A stretch of 64,000 nucleotides of DNA from Octopus sinensis (taxonomy: Eukaryota). How positions within the stretch are numbered: position 1 is the stretch's first letter; the number at the start of each line of letters is the position of its first letter. The notes under the pieces are model-generated. The model searched no databases, had not been told where the DNA came from, and saw nothing but the letters and a program-made list of their open reading frames with translations. The stretch is from positions 5,455,360 to 5,519,359 of the forward strand of contig NC_043019.1 in the NCBI RefSeq assembly GCF_006345805.1, written 5' to 3'. Both the position numbers and the translations under genes were made by a program. This document shows, in pieces, positions 1 through 11,794 of this stretch.

Positions 1-235
1 TATATATATATATGTATGTGTGTGTTTGTGTGTCTGTGTTTGTCCCCCTAGCATCGCTTGACAACCGATGCTGGTGTGTTTATGTCCCCATCACTTAGTG
101 GTTCAGCAAAAGAGACCGATAGAATAAGTACTAGGCTTACAAAGAATAAGTCTTGGGGTCGATTTGCTTGACTAAAGGCGGTGTTCCAGCATGGCCACAG
201 TCAAATGACTGAAACAAGTAAAAGAGTAAAGAGTA
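1..235 (+). mobile_element. SINE family S1 (tRNA-like head, internal (TA)/(TG) tract, AAGAGT tail), 3' part
   Basis: Near-identical to about 18 other copies in the window. Confidence 0.85.
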
Positions 236-286
236 TATTACTGAAATTCCTAAATAATTTATTTCTCTTTTACCATTCTGTTACAG

Positions 287-384
287 TGATGTGGTGACAG
301 CAGCTGATTTTCAAGTCATTCCTGATTTCTGTGGTCATGGAATTGGTCGATATTTCCATGGTTTACCTGACATATTTCATATTG
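287..384 (+). CDS. METAP1D: Methionine aminopeptidase 1D (mitochondrial), internal coding exon
   Basis: AG at 285-286, GTGAGT donor at 385. Translates (x)DVVTAADFQVIPDFCGHGIGRYFHGLPDIFHI, matching the MetAP1 GHGIG..FH metal/substrate motif (human FQVCPHFVGHGIGSYFHGHPEIWH). Splice phases are compatible with the next exon. Confidence 0.95.
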
Positions 385-409
385 GTGAGTATACTGTTGC
401 TGTATATAG

Positions 410-695
410 CAGTGGTTTCCTAACTTTGTGAAGGGGGCTGCTGCTCCCTTGGTACTCCCCTTCCTATGCATCACCACAAACATAGACCACCTCCTGAAGC
501 AAATTCACAAATGTAAAACAGCTGTGTTTCACAAATATGTCATAGATTATGTTTTATTAACCCATTATTTTGTTGTTTTTACATCTATCGCCCCCTTTTG
601 GCCACCCCATTATTGCCTCCATTTTTCTTCAATGCACCCCCTGGGTCTTTCCACTACCCCCAGGGGTGCAGTACTACCCACTTTATGAACCACTG
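410..695. mobile_element. hAT (Charlie-like) MITE in a METAP1D intron
   Basis: Ends CAGTGGTT.. and ..AACCACTG. Flanking 8-mers GTATATAG / GTTTCTAG match at 6/8, consistent with a decayed 8-bp TSD. Confidence 0.6.
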
Positions 696-937
696 GTTTC
701 TAGTGACTGTAGTGTATACAGCGAGTGTATGTTAACCCTTTTGATACCAATGAGCCTGACACCACCCCCAGTTCTATGACATAAACTTGCTGTTTTGAAG
801 TCGTCAAAATTATAATTTTTCCATCAAAATTTATGTTGGTTTGTTGCAGACCCCGGCTTAATAACAAGAAAGTTATTTTACTAAATACTTCATTGTTTTA
901 AAAATCAACTGAAAGGCAGCATTCATTGACAGAAATC

Positions 938-1505
938 CTCATCATCATCGTTTAACGTCCGCTCTCCATGCTAGCATGGGTTTGATGGTTCGACCGGGGA
1001 TCTGGGAAGCCAGAAGGCTTCACCAGGCTCCGGTCTGATCTGGCAGTGTTTCTACAGCTGGATGCCCTTCCTAACGCCAACCACTCCGTAAGTGTAGTGG
1101 GTGCTTTTTACGTGCCACCGGCACAGGTGCCAGACGGGTCTGGCAAACGGCCACGGTCGAATGTTGCGTTTTATGTGTCACTGGCACGGGGGCCAGGCGA
1201 GGCTGGTGACGGCCACGATCGGATGGTGCTTTTTACATGCCACCAGCACGGGGGCCAGGCGAGGCTGGCAACGGCCACGATTGGATGGTGCTTTTAACGT
1301 GCCACCAGCACGGGGGCCAGGCGAGGCTGGCAACAGCCACTATCGGATGGTGCTTTTTACATGCCACCGGCATGGAGGCCCGTCGGGGCGGCACTGGCAA
1401 CGGCCATGTTCGGATGGTTCGCTTACGTGCCACCGGCACTGGTATCACAGCTACAATTTCCATTGATGTTGATGGATTTTGATTTTGATTTCCACTTGCC
1501 TCAAC
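938..1505 (-). mobile_element. Retroposon with (GAT)n tail and internal ~61-65 bp GC-rich tandem array (about 6 units, 1109-1440)
   Basis: The module CATCATCGTTTAACGTCCGCT..GGATGCCCTTCCTAACGCCAACCACTCC recurs at ~2376, 6175, 33925, 46430 and 60110, and in the opposite orientation at ~37545-37985 and 38200-38480. Unit: TACGTGCCACCxGCACGGGGGCCAGGCGAGGCTGGCAACGGCCACGATCGGATGGTGCTTTT. Confidence 0.75.
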
Positions 1506-1989
1506 AGGTCTTCACAAGTAGAGTTTTGTGTCCCAAGAAGGAAAGGTATGTATAAGTGGACTGGCTACATCCCAGGTAGAGGCCATGGGTTATGGTCTCA
1601 CTTGTCCTGCTGGATCTTCTCACGCACAGCATACTTCCATATATATATATGTGTGTGTGTTTGTGTGTCTGTGTTTGTCCCACAACATCACTTAACAACT
1701 GATGCTGGTGTGTTTACATCCCCTTATCTTAGCGGTTCAGCAAAAAGAGACCAATAGAATAAGTACTAGGCTTACAAAGAATAAGTGCTGGGGTTGATTT
1801 GCTCAACTAAAAGGTGGTGCTCCAGCATGGCCACAATCAAATGACTGAAACAAGTAAAAGAGTAAAAAGTAAAAGAGTAACTTAGCAGCCCAACAATTGA
1901 TAAAATTGATAAAGTAATTGTGATGTTGTTAATGTTGTTTGTTCATTAATTAAAATGTCAAAGTACATTTATTTATTTTTCTTAATTAG

Positions 1990-2037
1990 ATTTGGGCTGT
2001 AAAACGCGGATGAAGGAGAATATGGTGTTTACAATAG
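1990..2037 (+). CDS. METAP1D: METAP1D penultimate coding exon
   Basis: TTAG acceptor and GTGAGT donor. The 48 nt encode DLGCKTRMKENMVFTI(E), aligning to human ANDSDLPMEEGMAFTIE; phase 1 at both ends. Confidence 0.93.
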
Positions 2038-2764
2038 GTGAGTGGATAATTGTTCGTTAAAATATTTAATTAAAATTTTATGCAGTTATTATTTTTCTTC
2101 TCATTGTTTTTGCTGTGTGACCATTAACATAGAGATGGTCAATAGGGAGGATCAAATACCACAAGGTATTTTTGTTCAAAATCTCCTGTTTCTCAGTTTT
2201 CTTACTGATGTTTACACTTCTTAGCAAAAAGCTGTTGTGACAGACATGCACACATACATACACACTTATATGCAGAGTGTGTGTATGTGGTATGTATATG
2301 CAACATGTGTGTCTGTGTGTGAATATATGTGCGTATACATGTATATATACACACACATGTAAACGCAGACATACGCATCATCATCATCATTTAACGTCCG
2401 CTTTCCATGCTGGCATGGGTTGGACGATTTGACTGAGGACTGGCGAACCAGATGGCTGTCATATATGTGTGTGTGTGTACATTACACACTTGTGTGTGTG
2501 TAATTGTGACTATTTGTCCCCCACAACTGCTTGACAACTCGTGTTGGTGTGCTTACATCCCTGTAACATTTATTTAATATCATTTAGTAATATAATAACT
2601 AAAATATTATTATATTACTTAATAGTTGTATAATCATAAAGGCAGTGAACCTGCAGAACTGTTAGCAAAATACTTCTAAGTATTTTGTCCATCCTTACAT
2701 TCTGAGTTCAAATTCTGCTGAGGTTGACTTTGCCTCTCATTCGTTTTGGTGTTGATAAAATACG

Positions 2765-3155
2765 AGTGGCTGTGTGGTAAGTAGCTTGCTAACCAACCAC
2801 ATGGTTCCGGGTTCAGTCCCACTGCGTGGCACCTTGGGCAAGTGTCTTCTACTATAGCCTCAGGCCAACCAATGCCTTGTGAGTGGATTTGGTAGACAGA
2901 AACTGAAAGAAGCCTGTCATATATATATATATATGTATGTGTGTGTCTATGTTTGTGTGTCTGTGTTTGTCCTCCCACCATTGCTTGACAACCGATGCTG
3001 GTGTGTTTACGTCCCCATCACTTAGTGGTTCGGCAAAAAGAAACCGATAGAATAAGTACTGGGCTTACAAAGAATAAGTCCCGGGGTCGATTTGCTCGAC
3101 TAAAGGTGGTGCTCCAGCATGGCCGCAGTCAAATGACTGAAACAAGTAAAAGAGA
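2765..3155 (+). mobile_element. SINE S1, near full length
   Basis: GAGTGGCTGTGTGGTAAGTAGC A-box-like, GGTTCAGTCCC B-box-like, GGCACCTTGGGCAAGTGTC core, then the shared 3' body. Confidence 0.85.
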
Positions 3156-3271
3156 GTACCAGTTTAGCACTGGGGTCAAATGTAATCGACTTATCCCCTG
3201 CCCCTGAAATTGTTGGCCTTGTGCCAAAATTTGAAACCTTTATATAATGATTATATTATTTCTCTTTTTAG

Positions 3272-3414
3272 AACCTTTGGTATGTGAAGGATCACCTGCA
3301 ATAAAAGTCTTATCCGATGGCTGGACTGCAGTGACCAGAGACTTCAGCCGATCGGCTCAGTTTGAACATTGTGTTCGAGTAACACAACACGGAGCAGAGA
3401 TTCTTACACAATAA
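3272..3414 (+). CDS. METAP1D: METAP1D terminal coding exon
   Basis: Polypyrimidine tract + AG. Translates EPLVCEGSPAIKVLSDGWTAVTRDFSRSAQFEHCVRVTQHGAEILTQ*, with the TIEP and AQFEH metal-ligand Glu motifs; TAA at 3412-3414. Confidence 0.96.
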
Positions 3415-4144
3415 CATATGGCATCTGTGGCTGTGGCTACAAATATGAAAACTCAATGTAGATGTTCTGATTTGAATCAAACTTAATTTATTTTCAAATC
3501 CCTTCACTGTGTCCTCTCTTTCTGTTACTCCAACTGTTACTACAACAGCCCCTGCTTCACTCGATCTTTTGGCTGTAAACTGCCAACACTTAAACTTACT
3601 CAACACCTCTCACCAACCTTACAGTCTTTTCTCAAACCCTTAATTTTATACTGCATACATATTTATACATATTTCCCACAAAACATGTTTCCCACAGAAT
3701 GTGTTTCCCACAAAACATGTTTCCCACAAAAACAGCATTTCTCTGGAATTGCTTCTTTGCTTCCTGATTTTCTTGCAACCAGTGATCTTCAAAAGGTCAA
3801 ACAGTGGATTAATGTCATCCAGCTATTGTTAATCCTTAGTCTGGGTGGAACTGATCAATATAAAAGAAATATATACTTGCATTACTGTTGTTGTTGTTAT
3901 TTTGCACCGTGTCAGACCAGATTGAGTTGACTTCTGAGAAAATCCTTACCTGCCAGAGCCATCCTATCTTTTGTTTATAGTCGTGCATCTAGGACTACAC
4001 TCATCTTCTGTGTCCTTCATTTTATGATGGTACTATAGTGCAGTGCTTCTCAAACTATCTGATGTGGCGTACCAGCAGTTTTTTTTCTTCAAATGTACCA
4101 GGGACTGGTAATATTTCTTATTTATTTTATTTATGCACCCTTTT

Positions 4145-4552
4145 CAAGCCTAGTCAGACTCATGGGACGCCAGTCCATCGCCGTGGAGCTTTAGGTGTTT
4201 TCACTCGATCAACACACACAACACCCGGTCTGGGAATCAAAACCGCGATCCTCTGACCGCGAGTCCGCTGCCCTAACCACTAGGCCATTGCGCCTCCAAA
4301 ATAAACACGCCCTTCTAAAGCCTAGTCAGGCTCATGGGCCCGGTTTCCCGATTTCAATGGCGTATGTGTTCCCCAGCTGGACAGGACACCAGTCCATTGC
4401 AGCGTTACTCATTTTTGCCAGCTGAGTGGACTGGAGCAACGTAAAATGAAGTGTTTTGCTCAAGAACACAATGCGTCGCCCGGTCCTGGAATCGAAACTA
4501 CAATCTTACGATCATGATGCTGACACGCTAACCACTAAGCCACGTGCCTCCA
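4145..4552 (-). mobile_element. Two adjacent tRNA-derived SINEs (head A with deleted body; head B with tail 3)
   Basis: Reverse complement gives GGAGGCGCAATGGCCTAGTGGTTAGGGCAGCGGACTCGCGG and GGAGGCACGTGGCTTAGTGGTTAG heads. Confidence 0.75.
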
Positions 4553-4609
4553 CAGTAATATTTCTTAGTAATATTAATTTATACCGTAAACAATATATAT
4601 AATGAATAT

Positions 4610-4615
4610 AATAAA
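4610..4615 (+). promoter_or_regulatory. Possible polyadenylation signal for METAP1D
   Basis: AATAAA followed by a T-rich tract about 1.2 kb after the stop codon; not verifiable without transcripts. Confidence 0.3.
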
Positions 4616-4865
4616 AGTTGATAATTTTTTTTTTTTATCTTACATTTATTTTGTAAACAAATAATACAAATATTACATAAGCATTTTATAATGTTTCTTT
4701 CTTTTCTGGAAACTCTGTGTACTGGCAGCTGATAGCTCGCAGACCACCACTTTAAGTAGCACTGGTATAGTGTATTAGAGGTAGATTTGTGCTGTTTCTA
4801 GCATGTTGAGGTTCCTTCACTGATCTCAATTGTAATCTTATCAGACTAAACTAAAACGTCATTTC

Positions 4866-5464
4866 TTAACCTTTTAGTATTGAAACTGACCAACTCCCGC
4901 CTAGATATTCCATCTGTTTTATCTTGAAACTGGTCGGATCATGTCTCTCACACCTACCCTATAGTATCATTCTAAAAATAAACAATCACATCATTGAAAC
5001 CTCAAAGCTATGAGATAATTAATGATTAATTCAAAACAATAGGCGCAGGAGTGGCTGTGTGGTAAGTAGCTTGCTTACCAACCACATGGTTCCGGGTTCA
5101 GTCCCACTGCGTGGCACCTTGGGCAAGTGTCTTTTACTATAGCCTCGGGCCGACCAAAGCCTTGTGAGTGGATTTGGTAGACGGAAACTGAAAAGAAGCC
5201 CATCGTATATATGTATATATGTGTGTGTGTGTGTGTTTGTCACCCTAGCATTGCTTGACAACCGATGCTGGTGTGTTTATGTCTCCGATACTTAGCGGTT
5301 CGGCAAAAGAGACCTATATAATAAGTACTGGGCTTACAAAAAGAATAAGTCCCGGGGTCGAGTTGCTCGATTAAAGGCGGTGCTCCAACATGGCCGCAGT
5401 CAAATGACTGAAACAAGTAAAAGAGTAAAGAGTATTTGACGGTAATGCAAATACTAAATGTTAA
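4866..5464. mobile_element. TTAA-flanked (piggyBac-like) MITE interrupted by an S1 SINE at ~5041-5435
   Basis: TTAACCTTTTAGTATT ... AATACTAAATGTTAA ends; the internal sequence is related to the MITE at 34379-34611. Confidence 0.6.
5041..5435 (+). mobile_element. SINE S1, full length
   Basis: Complete head-to-tail copy. Confidence 0.85.
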
Positions 5465-5649
5465 ACAATTCCTTATTTTAGAACCTTTAATTATTGAAGG
5501 ATTATTAAAAGCCCTTTAAACCTGCCCTCAGTCCATACAATTGATAGAAGTAATTCTCTCCTGAAGACTCCACATAAAAGTTATTGAGATTGAGTTAATG
5601 GAAAGACCCGCTTGTTCTTGTTGGTTGAGTTTATCAAGATTATTTTCAG

Positions 5650-5975
5650 GGACTGAGCAAATCGACCCCGGGACTTATTCTACCGGTCTCTTTTGCCGAA
5701 TCGCTAAGTGACAGGGACGTAAACACACCAGCATCGGTTGTCAGGCAATGCTAGGGTGACAAACATAGACACACAAACACACACACACATATATATATAT
5801 ACATATATATGACGGGCTTCTTTCAGTTTCCGTCTACCAAATCCACTCACAAGGCATTGGTCGGCCCGAGACTATAGCAGAAGACACTTGCCCAAGGTGC
5901 CACGCAGTGGGACTGAACCCGGAACCATGTCGTTGGTAAACAAGCTACTTACCACACAGCCACTCCTGCGCCTAT
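5650..5975 (-). mobile_element. SINE S1, inverted relative to 5041-5435
   Basis: Reverse-complement match to the S1 body and head. Confidence 0.85.
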
Positions 5976-6412
5976 GACTTTTAAATATAACTTTTGTTCC
6001 CCATCAACATTCTGGTTAAGGAGATGGCATAGTTTTTTCTTTTTTTTTAAAGGTTTTTCTAAACAAATCAGATTGCTTGAAATAATAGAATTAAAAATTA
6101 AAGAAAATATATATATCTATATTGACTTTCATAGGCATACCTGATGTCTAACTACCATATATATATATATATATCATCATCATCATCGTTTAGCGTCCGC
6201 TTTCCATGCTAGCATGGGTTGGACGGTTTAACTGGGGTCTGGGAAGCCCGAAGGCTGTACCAGGCCAGTCAGATCTGGTGGTGTTTCTACGGCTGGATGC
6301 CCTTCCTAACGCCAACCACTCCGTGAGTGTAGTGGGTGCTTTTTATGTGCCACCGACACAGGTGCCAGACGAGGCTGGCGAACGGCCACGCTCGGATGGT
6401 GTTTTTTACGTG

Positions 6413-6449
<37 letters not shown>

Positions 6450-7056
6450 GTAAATGTAATATGTGACAATTATTCGGTAGCCAAGATAAAACTCTGAGTT
6501 TTGGATGCCGAGGTGGAAATCCACGCCACCATCTCTTCATTTATCCGGCGTTTTTCCGATTTTCGACCTCGGCGGAAGTTGAACTAAGAACACCTAATAA
6601 AATATTAGTTTCAAATTTTCGTTCAAAGCCAACAATTTCGGGGAGCGGGGTTAAGTTGATTATATCGACCTTAGTGCTCAACCGGTACTTATTTCATCGA
6701 CCCCGAAATGATGAAACACAAAGTTGACATCGGCGTAATTTGAACTCAGAACGTAAAGTCGGAAGAAATGCCGCTAAGCACTTTTCCCCTGCGATTTTGG
6801 CAAATGTTGATATCTTTATATTTAAAGCATTCTATATGTTTAAACATGGGAGACTACTTGTGGGTAAAGCCTATAAGAGTTCACTCCCTTGATACTTGGC
6901 GTGAACTATAGTTATGGTTTTAATAATTCTTACAATTGGATAAGATTTAAAATTTTGGATCAGGGATTCGTCGATTGCATCGACTCCAGGACTCAACTGG
7001 TTCTTATTTTATCTACCCCGAAATGTGAAATATATATATATATATATATATATATA

Positions 7057-8868
7057 GTTGAAATTTACAGAAAGACAAAAGACGAAGACAGGTGTATGAA
7101 CAACAAGCAGGTGTATTAGTTTGACGCTCGGGAAATTGAGGAAGTCTTTTACGTTTCGAGCCTACGCTCTTCAACAGAAAGGAATTAGAAAATAAACAGA
7201 GAGAGAATAAAAATCTTGTAGATTTAGCGATCCAGCATGGCGGATGGTTGGGAAAAATGGTTTGAATGGAGAGGTAGAAAGAAGGGGAGATAATAAAGTA
7301 TTGACGATCACAAAACGATGGTGGGCGTGCGTGTGTATGTAAGAAAGTGCAAGTGTATGTGCCTGTGTGGATAGAGGCTAGTGACTATGACGTGTGGATG
7401 TGTGCATCTGTAATGTGGGTATGCGGATGATAGCGTGTGAGTGGTGTGGGTGCTGGGAAGTGGTCAGTGCTAGTGCGTGTGGAGTGGTGTGATTGGTGTA
7501 GTGGTGTGGGGTATGCAGGAATTGGGGTGGGAATGGAGGGCGTATCAATGAAGAGAAGGTGGGTAGGTGTCGGAGCAAGAGAAGTCGGTAGGAGTGAAGA
7601 GAAGAAGTGTCAGATGAAGAGAGGAGAGGAGGGGAGTCAGATGAAGAGAGGAAGGGAGTTGAGCCCATGTGGCGCAAAGGAGTGGAGAGAGAAGATTAAT
7701 TTCTGTTCATGGCAAAGGCGGGAGTTCGGATGGACCCTGTGCAAAGACAATCCGAACACAGAGAGGTGTTGTAGTGCATGACCGGTAGAGCGGAAATGGT
7801 GCGAGACTAGGGTGTCATTGCCGATTCTAATGTCTCGGAGGTGCTCCGCGAACCAGTCAGCCAAGTGACGTCCCGTTTGGCCTATGTACAGAGAAAGAGC
7901 AAGAGATGAAGTAAATGACGTTGCTAGAAGTATCGGTGATATGACAGGGACCATGATGGATTCTTGTGAGGATGGTGGTGTTGAAGAGGTAGAGGCAAGT
8001 GCGGCAGCGTGGGTGGGAGCAGGAGAACGAATCAGTTTGAGAGGTAAGGAAACTGTGGACCAGGAGTCACGCAGGTTGTGGGCTGATTTTGAAGGAGGGA
8101 AAGGGTAGGTTGGGGAAGATGTGCGAGATGGAGTGGTTGGACTGGAGTCGCCGGAAAGCTCGGGGAAGGGTGCGTTTGATAGGTAGGGTGGAGGGTAGTA
8201 GATGACAGGAAGAGAGACCAGAGGCACAGTCCACGGAACGTGCTCTGGCAAGGGCTGTGTGGATAGTGGTGAGGGGAGGTCGCACCGATACAGTCGTCAA
8301 TATAACAACCGTATAGTTCGGGAGTGGGACTAGTGAATCGTGAGAATATTTGGGCCTCAACATAGCCAACGAACAGCTTCGAATAGTTGGGACCTATTTT
8401 CGTTCCCATGGCCACTCCCGAGACTTGTTGGTAAAAAAAAATCCCGCGAACGAGAAGCAGTTGAGGGAGAGGACAAGTTTGGCCAGACGAAGTGTGGAAG
8501 TATCAGGTTAAGGGTTGGGTCGAAGGTCTAGGAAGTGTTGGAGTGCAAGAAATCCTTCGTTGTGTGGGATCCCCGTATATAGACTCTTGATATTAAGAGT
8601 GAAGAGAAGTTTAGAGGGGCCAGCAGGGAAGGAGAAAGAGTTGAAGAAACGGAGAGCATGGTTAGTGTCGTGGATGTGAGCGGGGAGGGAAGCCACTAGG
8701 GGGAAAGGACACAGTCGAGGTATTTTGAGATCAATTTCGTGGGGCAGTTACAGGCGGAGACGATAGGGCTTGTGGATTTTGGGAAGAAGTAAATGGTGGG
8801 GGTTCGTGGAGTGCGGACAATAAGGTTGGAAGCAGTGGGAGGTTGGAACGTAGCGGCAGGCGAAATAT
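7057..8868 (-). mobile_element. Decayed, 5'-truncated Penelope-like element (RT + GIY-YIG) with hammerhead-bearing 3' terminus
   Basis: Frameshifted RT pieces LFTLNIKSLYTGIPH, AMGTKIGPNYSKLFVGYVE and YIDDCIGA. GIY-YIG piece LYIGQTGRHLADWFAEHLRDIR..VSHHF..EQKLIFSLHSFAPHGLN. The 3' end abuts (TA)n. Confidence 0.9.
7145..7182 (-). ncRNA. Minimal hammerhead-like motif, type B (CUGUUGA core variant)
   Basis: CCUUU-CUGUUGA-A-GAGC(GUAG)GCUC-GAAA-C-GUA-AAAGA on the minus strand, downstream of the PLE ORF. Confidence 0.6.
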
Positions 8869-8869
8869 C

Positions 8870-9290
8870 TATTTCTTTACTACCCACAAGGGGCTAAAGA
8901 CAGAGGGGACAAACAAGGACAGACAAACGGATTAAGTCGATTACATCGACCTCAGTGCGTAACTGGTACTTATTTAATCGACCCCGAAAGGATGAAAGGC
9001 AAAGTCGACCTCGGCGGAATTTGAACTCAGAACGTAGCGGCAGACGAAATACCTATTTCTTTACTACCCACACGGAGCTAAACACAAAGAGGGACAAACA
9101 AGGACAGACAAACGGATTAAGTCGATTACATCGACCCCCAGTGCGTAACTGGTACTTATTTAATCGACCCCGAAAGGATGAAAGGCAAAGTCGACCTCAA
9201 CGGAGTTTGAACTCAGAACGTAGCGGCAGACGAAATACCACTAAGCATTTCGACCGCCGCACTAACGTTTCTGCCAGCTCGCCGCCTTAC
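8870..9290 (-). mobile_element. SINE family S2 (GGCGGCGAGCTGGCAGAAACGTTAGC head) with internal ~175 bp tandem repeat
   Basis: Also at ~9630-9860, 14762-15375, 18015-18240, 21830-22225, 29245-29450, 36170-36785, 60759-61850 and 62370-63330. Confidence 0.8.
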
Positions 9291-10384
9291 CATACAAGCT
9301 TCTTACCATACAACCACGCTTGCGTTTACATATATTCCAAAAATGATTACAAGGAATTTCTACATTTTAGCTGATGTTTGGTGGTGATAGTAATTAATTT
9401 TGTAAAATGAATTTATCGATGTGTTTGCAACCACCGTATGTTTCCAATATTGGTTTTCAAAAAATATTTCCCTGATTTCTTTAAGATTAGTATTATTTCC
9501 CCACGTTTTCTTCTGACCATTTACGAGAGGTTAATATTTCTAACCAACACTCTGGCGAATTTTATAATTTTGATAGTTTACGAACTTACAACGACCAGAT
9601 GTAGTTTACTAGTTTTGTTATATACCTATTTCTTTATTACCCTCAAGGGGCTAAACACAGAGGGGACAAACAAGGACAGACATAGGTATTAAGTCGATTA
9701 CATCGACCCCAGTGCGTAACTGGTACTTAATTTATCGACCCCGAAAGGATGAAAGGTAAAGTCGACCTCGGCGGAATTTGAACTCACAACGTAACGCAGA
9801 CGAAATACCGCTAAGCATTTCGACCGCCGCACTAACGTTTCTGCCAGCTCGCCGCCTTAAAACGCCGCCGTTTTGTTATCTACCGTTTCTCAACTTCCCT
9901 CAAGGAAGAGACGAGGATGGGAAACTTTTTGAATGCCCTTTCTGTCATTTGTGGTATACCATTCACATCTAAAAGTTTGACTTTTTTACCTGATACACGT
10001 TTGTTCCTGCGTTTCATCTTAGTGATACTGCTACAAAAATGGACCCATTGAACAATATTCTTCGTGGGATGGCGCTTACCTGTAAATCTCGAGAAGGCCT
10101 TGCTCGTGTTAGACTAAACCTTGAGGGAGAAGAGAAGAAGGATGCGAATGAAATGATAGTATAATATTGTTCCTTTTAGAAAAGCTGCGGTTGTGGTGAG
10201 TGGAAGTGATGTTTTATCTTTGTATTCGCCCGCTTTAAGCGCATCATTGTAGTAAGAGATCTGTGATAGAGTTGCACTATCACAGATCTCCGTTTTATGA
10301 CAGACTCGAAATTCATCTACAAATATTACTAGGAATTAACGAGTGGCAGGAACCGACAATTATGTTACAGAGCTTTTTGTTATA

Positions 10385-10800
10385 CTCTTTACTCTTTTAC
10401 TTGTTTCAGTCATTTGACTGCGGCCATGCTGGAGCACCGCCTTTAGTCGAGCAAATCGACCCCGGGACTTATTCTTTGTAAGTTCAGTACTTATTCTATC
10501 GCTCTCTTTTGCCGAACCGCTAAGTGACGGGGACATAAACACACCAGCATCGGTTGTCAAGCAATGCTGGGGGGACAAACACAGACAGACAGACACACAC
10601 ACACACACACACACACACACCACACATATATACATATATACGACAGGCTTCTTTCAGTTTTCGTCTACCAAATCCACCCACAAGTCTTTGGTCGGCCCGA
10701 GGCTATAGTAGAAGACACTTGCCCTAGATGCCAACGCAGTGGGACTGAACCCGGAATCATGTGGTTGGTAAGCAAGCTACTTACCACACAGCCACTCCTA
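10385..10800 (-). mobile_element. SINE S1, full length
   Basis: Reverse-complement match. Confidence 0.85.
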
Positions 10801-10832
10801 CGCCGGAAAACTTTTTTATGTGCTAGCGCTTA

Positions 10833-10917
<85 letters not shown>

Positions 10918-11196
10918 AGTTGTTATTGTTGTATGTTGACTCAAGCGAACGAACGTCTCTCAAAGAATCTCCGTGAAAAAAATAATTGTTACCCAATTGA
11001 AAATATTTGTTTCCTGATAAACAGAAGACTTTCAGGTTGTTTTAAATTCCGTCTCATTACGAAGACAACTACGTGAGATATTTTAACTGTTTATATATTT
11101 TTGAGAAATAACTATTTGGATTGTCAATACTTGTTCAAAATAGTTTCAGGAGTGGCAGGAAAAGGTGTCCACCACAGTGATAGCAGCAGCAGCAGT

Positions 11197-11530
11197 GGAG
11201 GCACAATGGCCCAATGGTTAGGGCAGCGGACTCGCGGTCGGAGGATCGCGGTTTCGATTCCCAGACCGGACGTTGTGTGTGTTTATTGAGTGAAAACACC
11301 TAAAGCTCCACGAGGCTCCGGTAGGGGACGGTGGCGACCCCTGTTGTACTCTTTCGTCCCAACTTTCTCTCACTCTTTCTTCCTGTTTCTTGTTGCCGAC
11401 TTCCTACGCAATCGCCGAGCCTGGATGCGCATTCATCCATCCGTCGATGCTCTCAGTGTCGGGGGTTGACCTGCTTTCTCTTCTGCGGGTCTTACGAATG
11501 GCAAAGGACCACGTTTCGGACTTCTCTCAC
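11197..11530 (+). mobile_element. tRNA-derived SINE, head A + tail 1
   Basis: tRNA-like head (TGGCCCAATGGTTAGGG..GGTTTCGATTCCC); a second copy lies on the minus strand at ~63400-63768. Confidence 0.8.
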
Positions 11531-11794
11531 GAAGACCATTCACTCAACAGCAACAGCAACAGCAGCAGCAGCAGACTACGTAATCATTAAAGAAATTCTT
11601 GAGGACTTCTTTGCAAATCATTTGTAATATTTAGACTCAACTGCGGAATGGAAAATACAAAAAAGAATAAGTTTGAAGACATTAATTTGAAAAAAAGCCA
11701 AAAAAACAAAACTAGTTGGAACAGCGGCAGTAACGAAAGCTGTGGAAGAAATCGTCGTAAATCACAGTTTTAGCGGCATTAAGGGCCACTAAGT

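Noticed and set aside
1046-1555. Repetitive GC-rich ORFs (MLFTCH.., MPPARGPG..)
   Set aside because: Translations of the ~61 bp tandem array inside a multicopy retroposon.
11197-11275. tRNA-like heads of SINEs as functional tRNA genes
   Set aside because: A/B boxes are present but the cloverleaf is incomplete, and each continues into a SINE body rather than a terminator.
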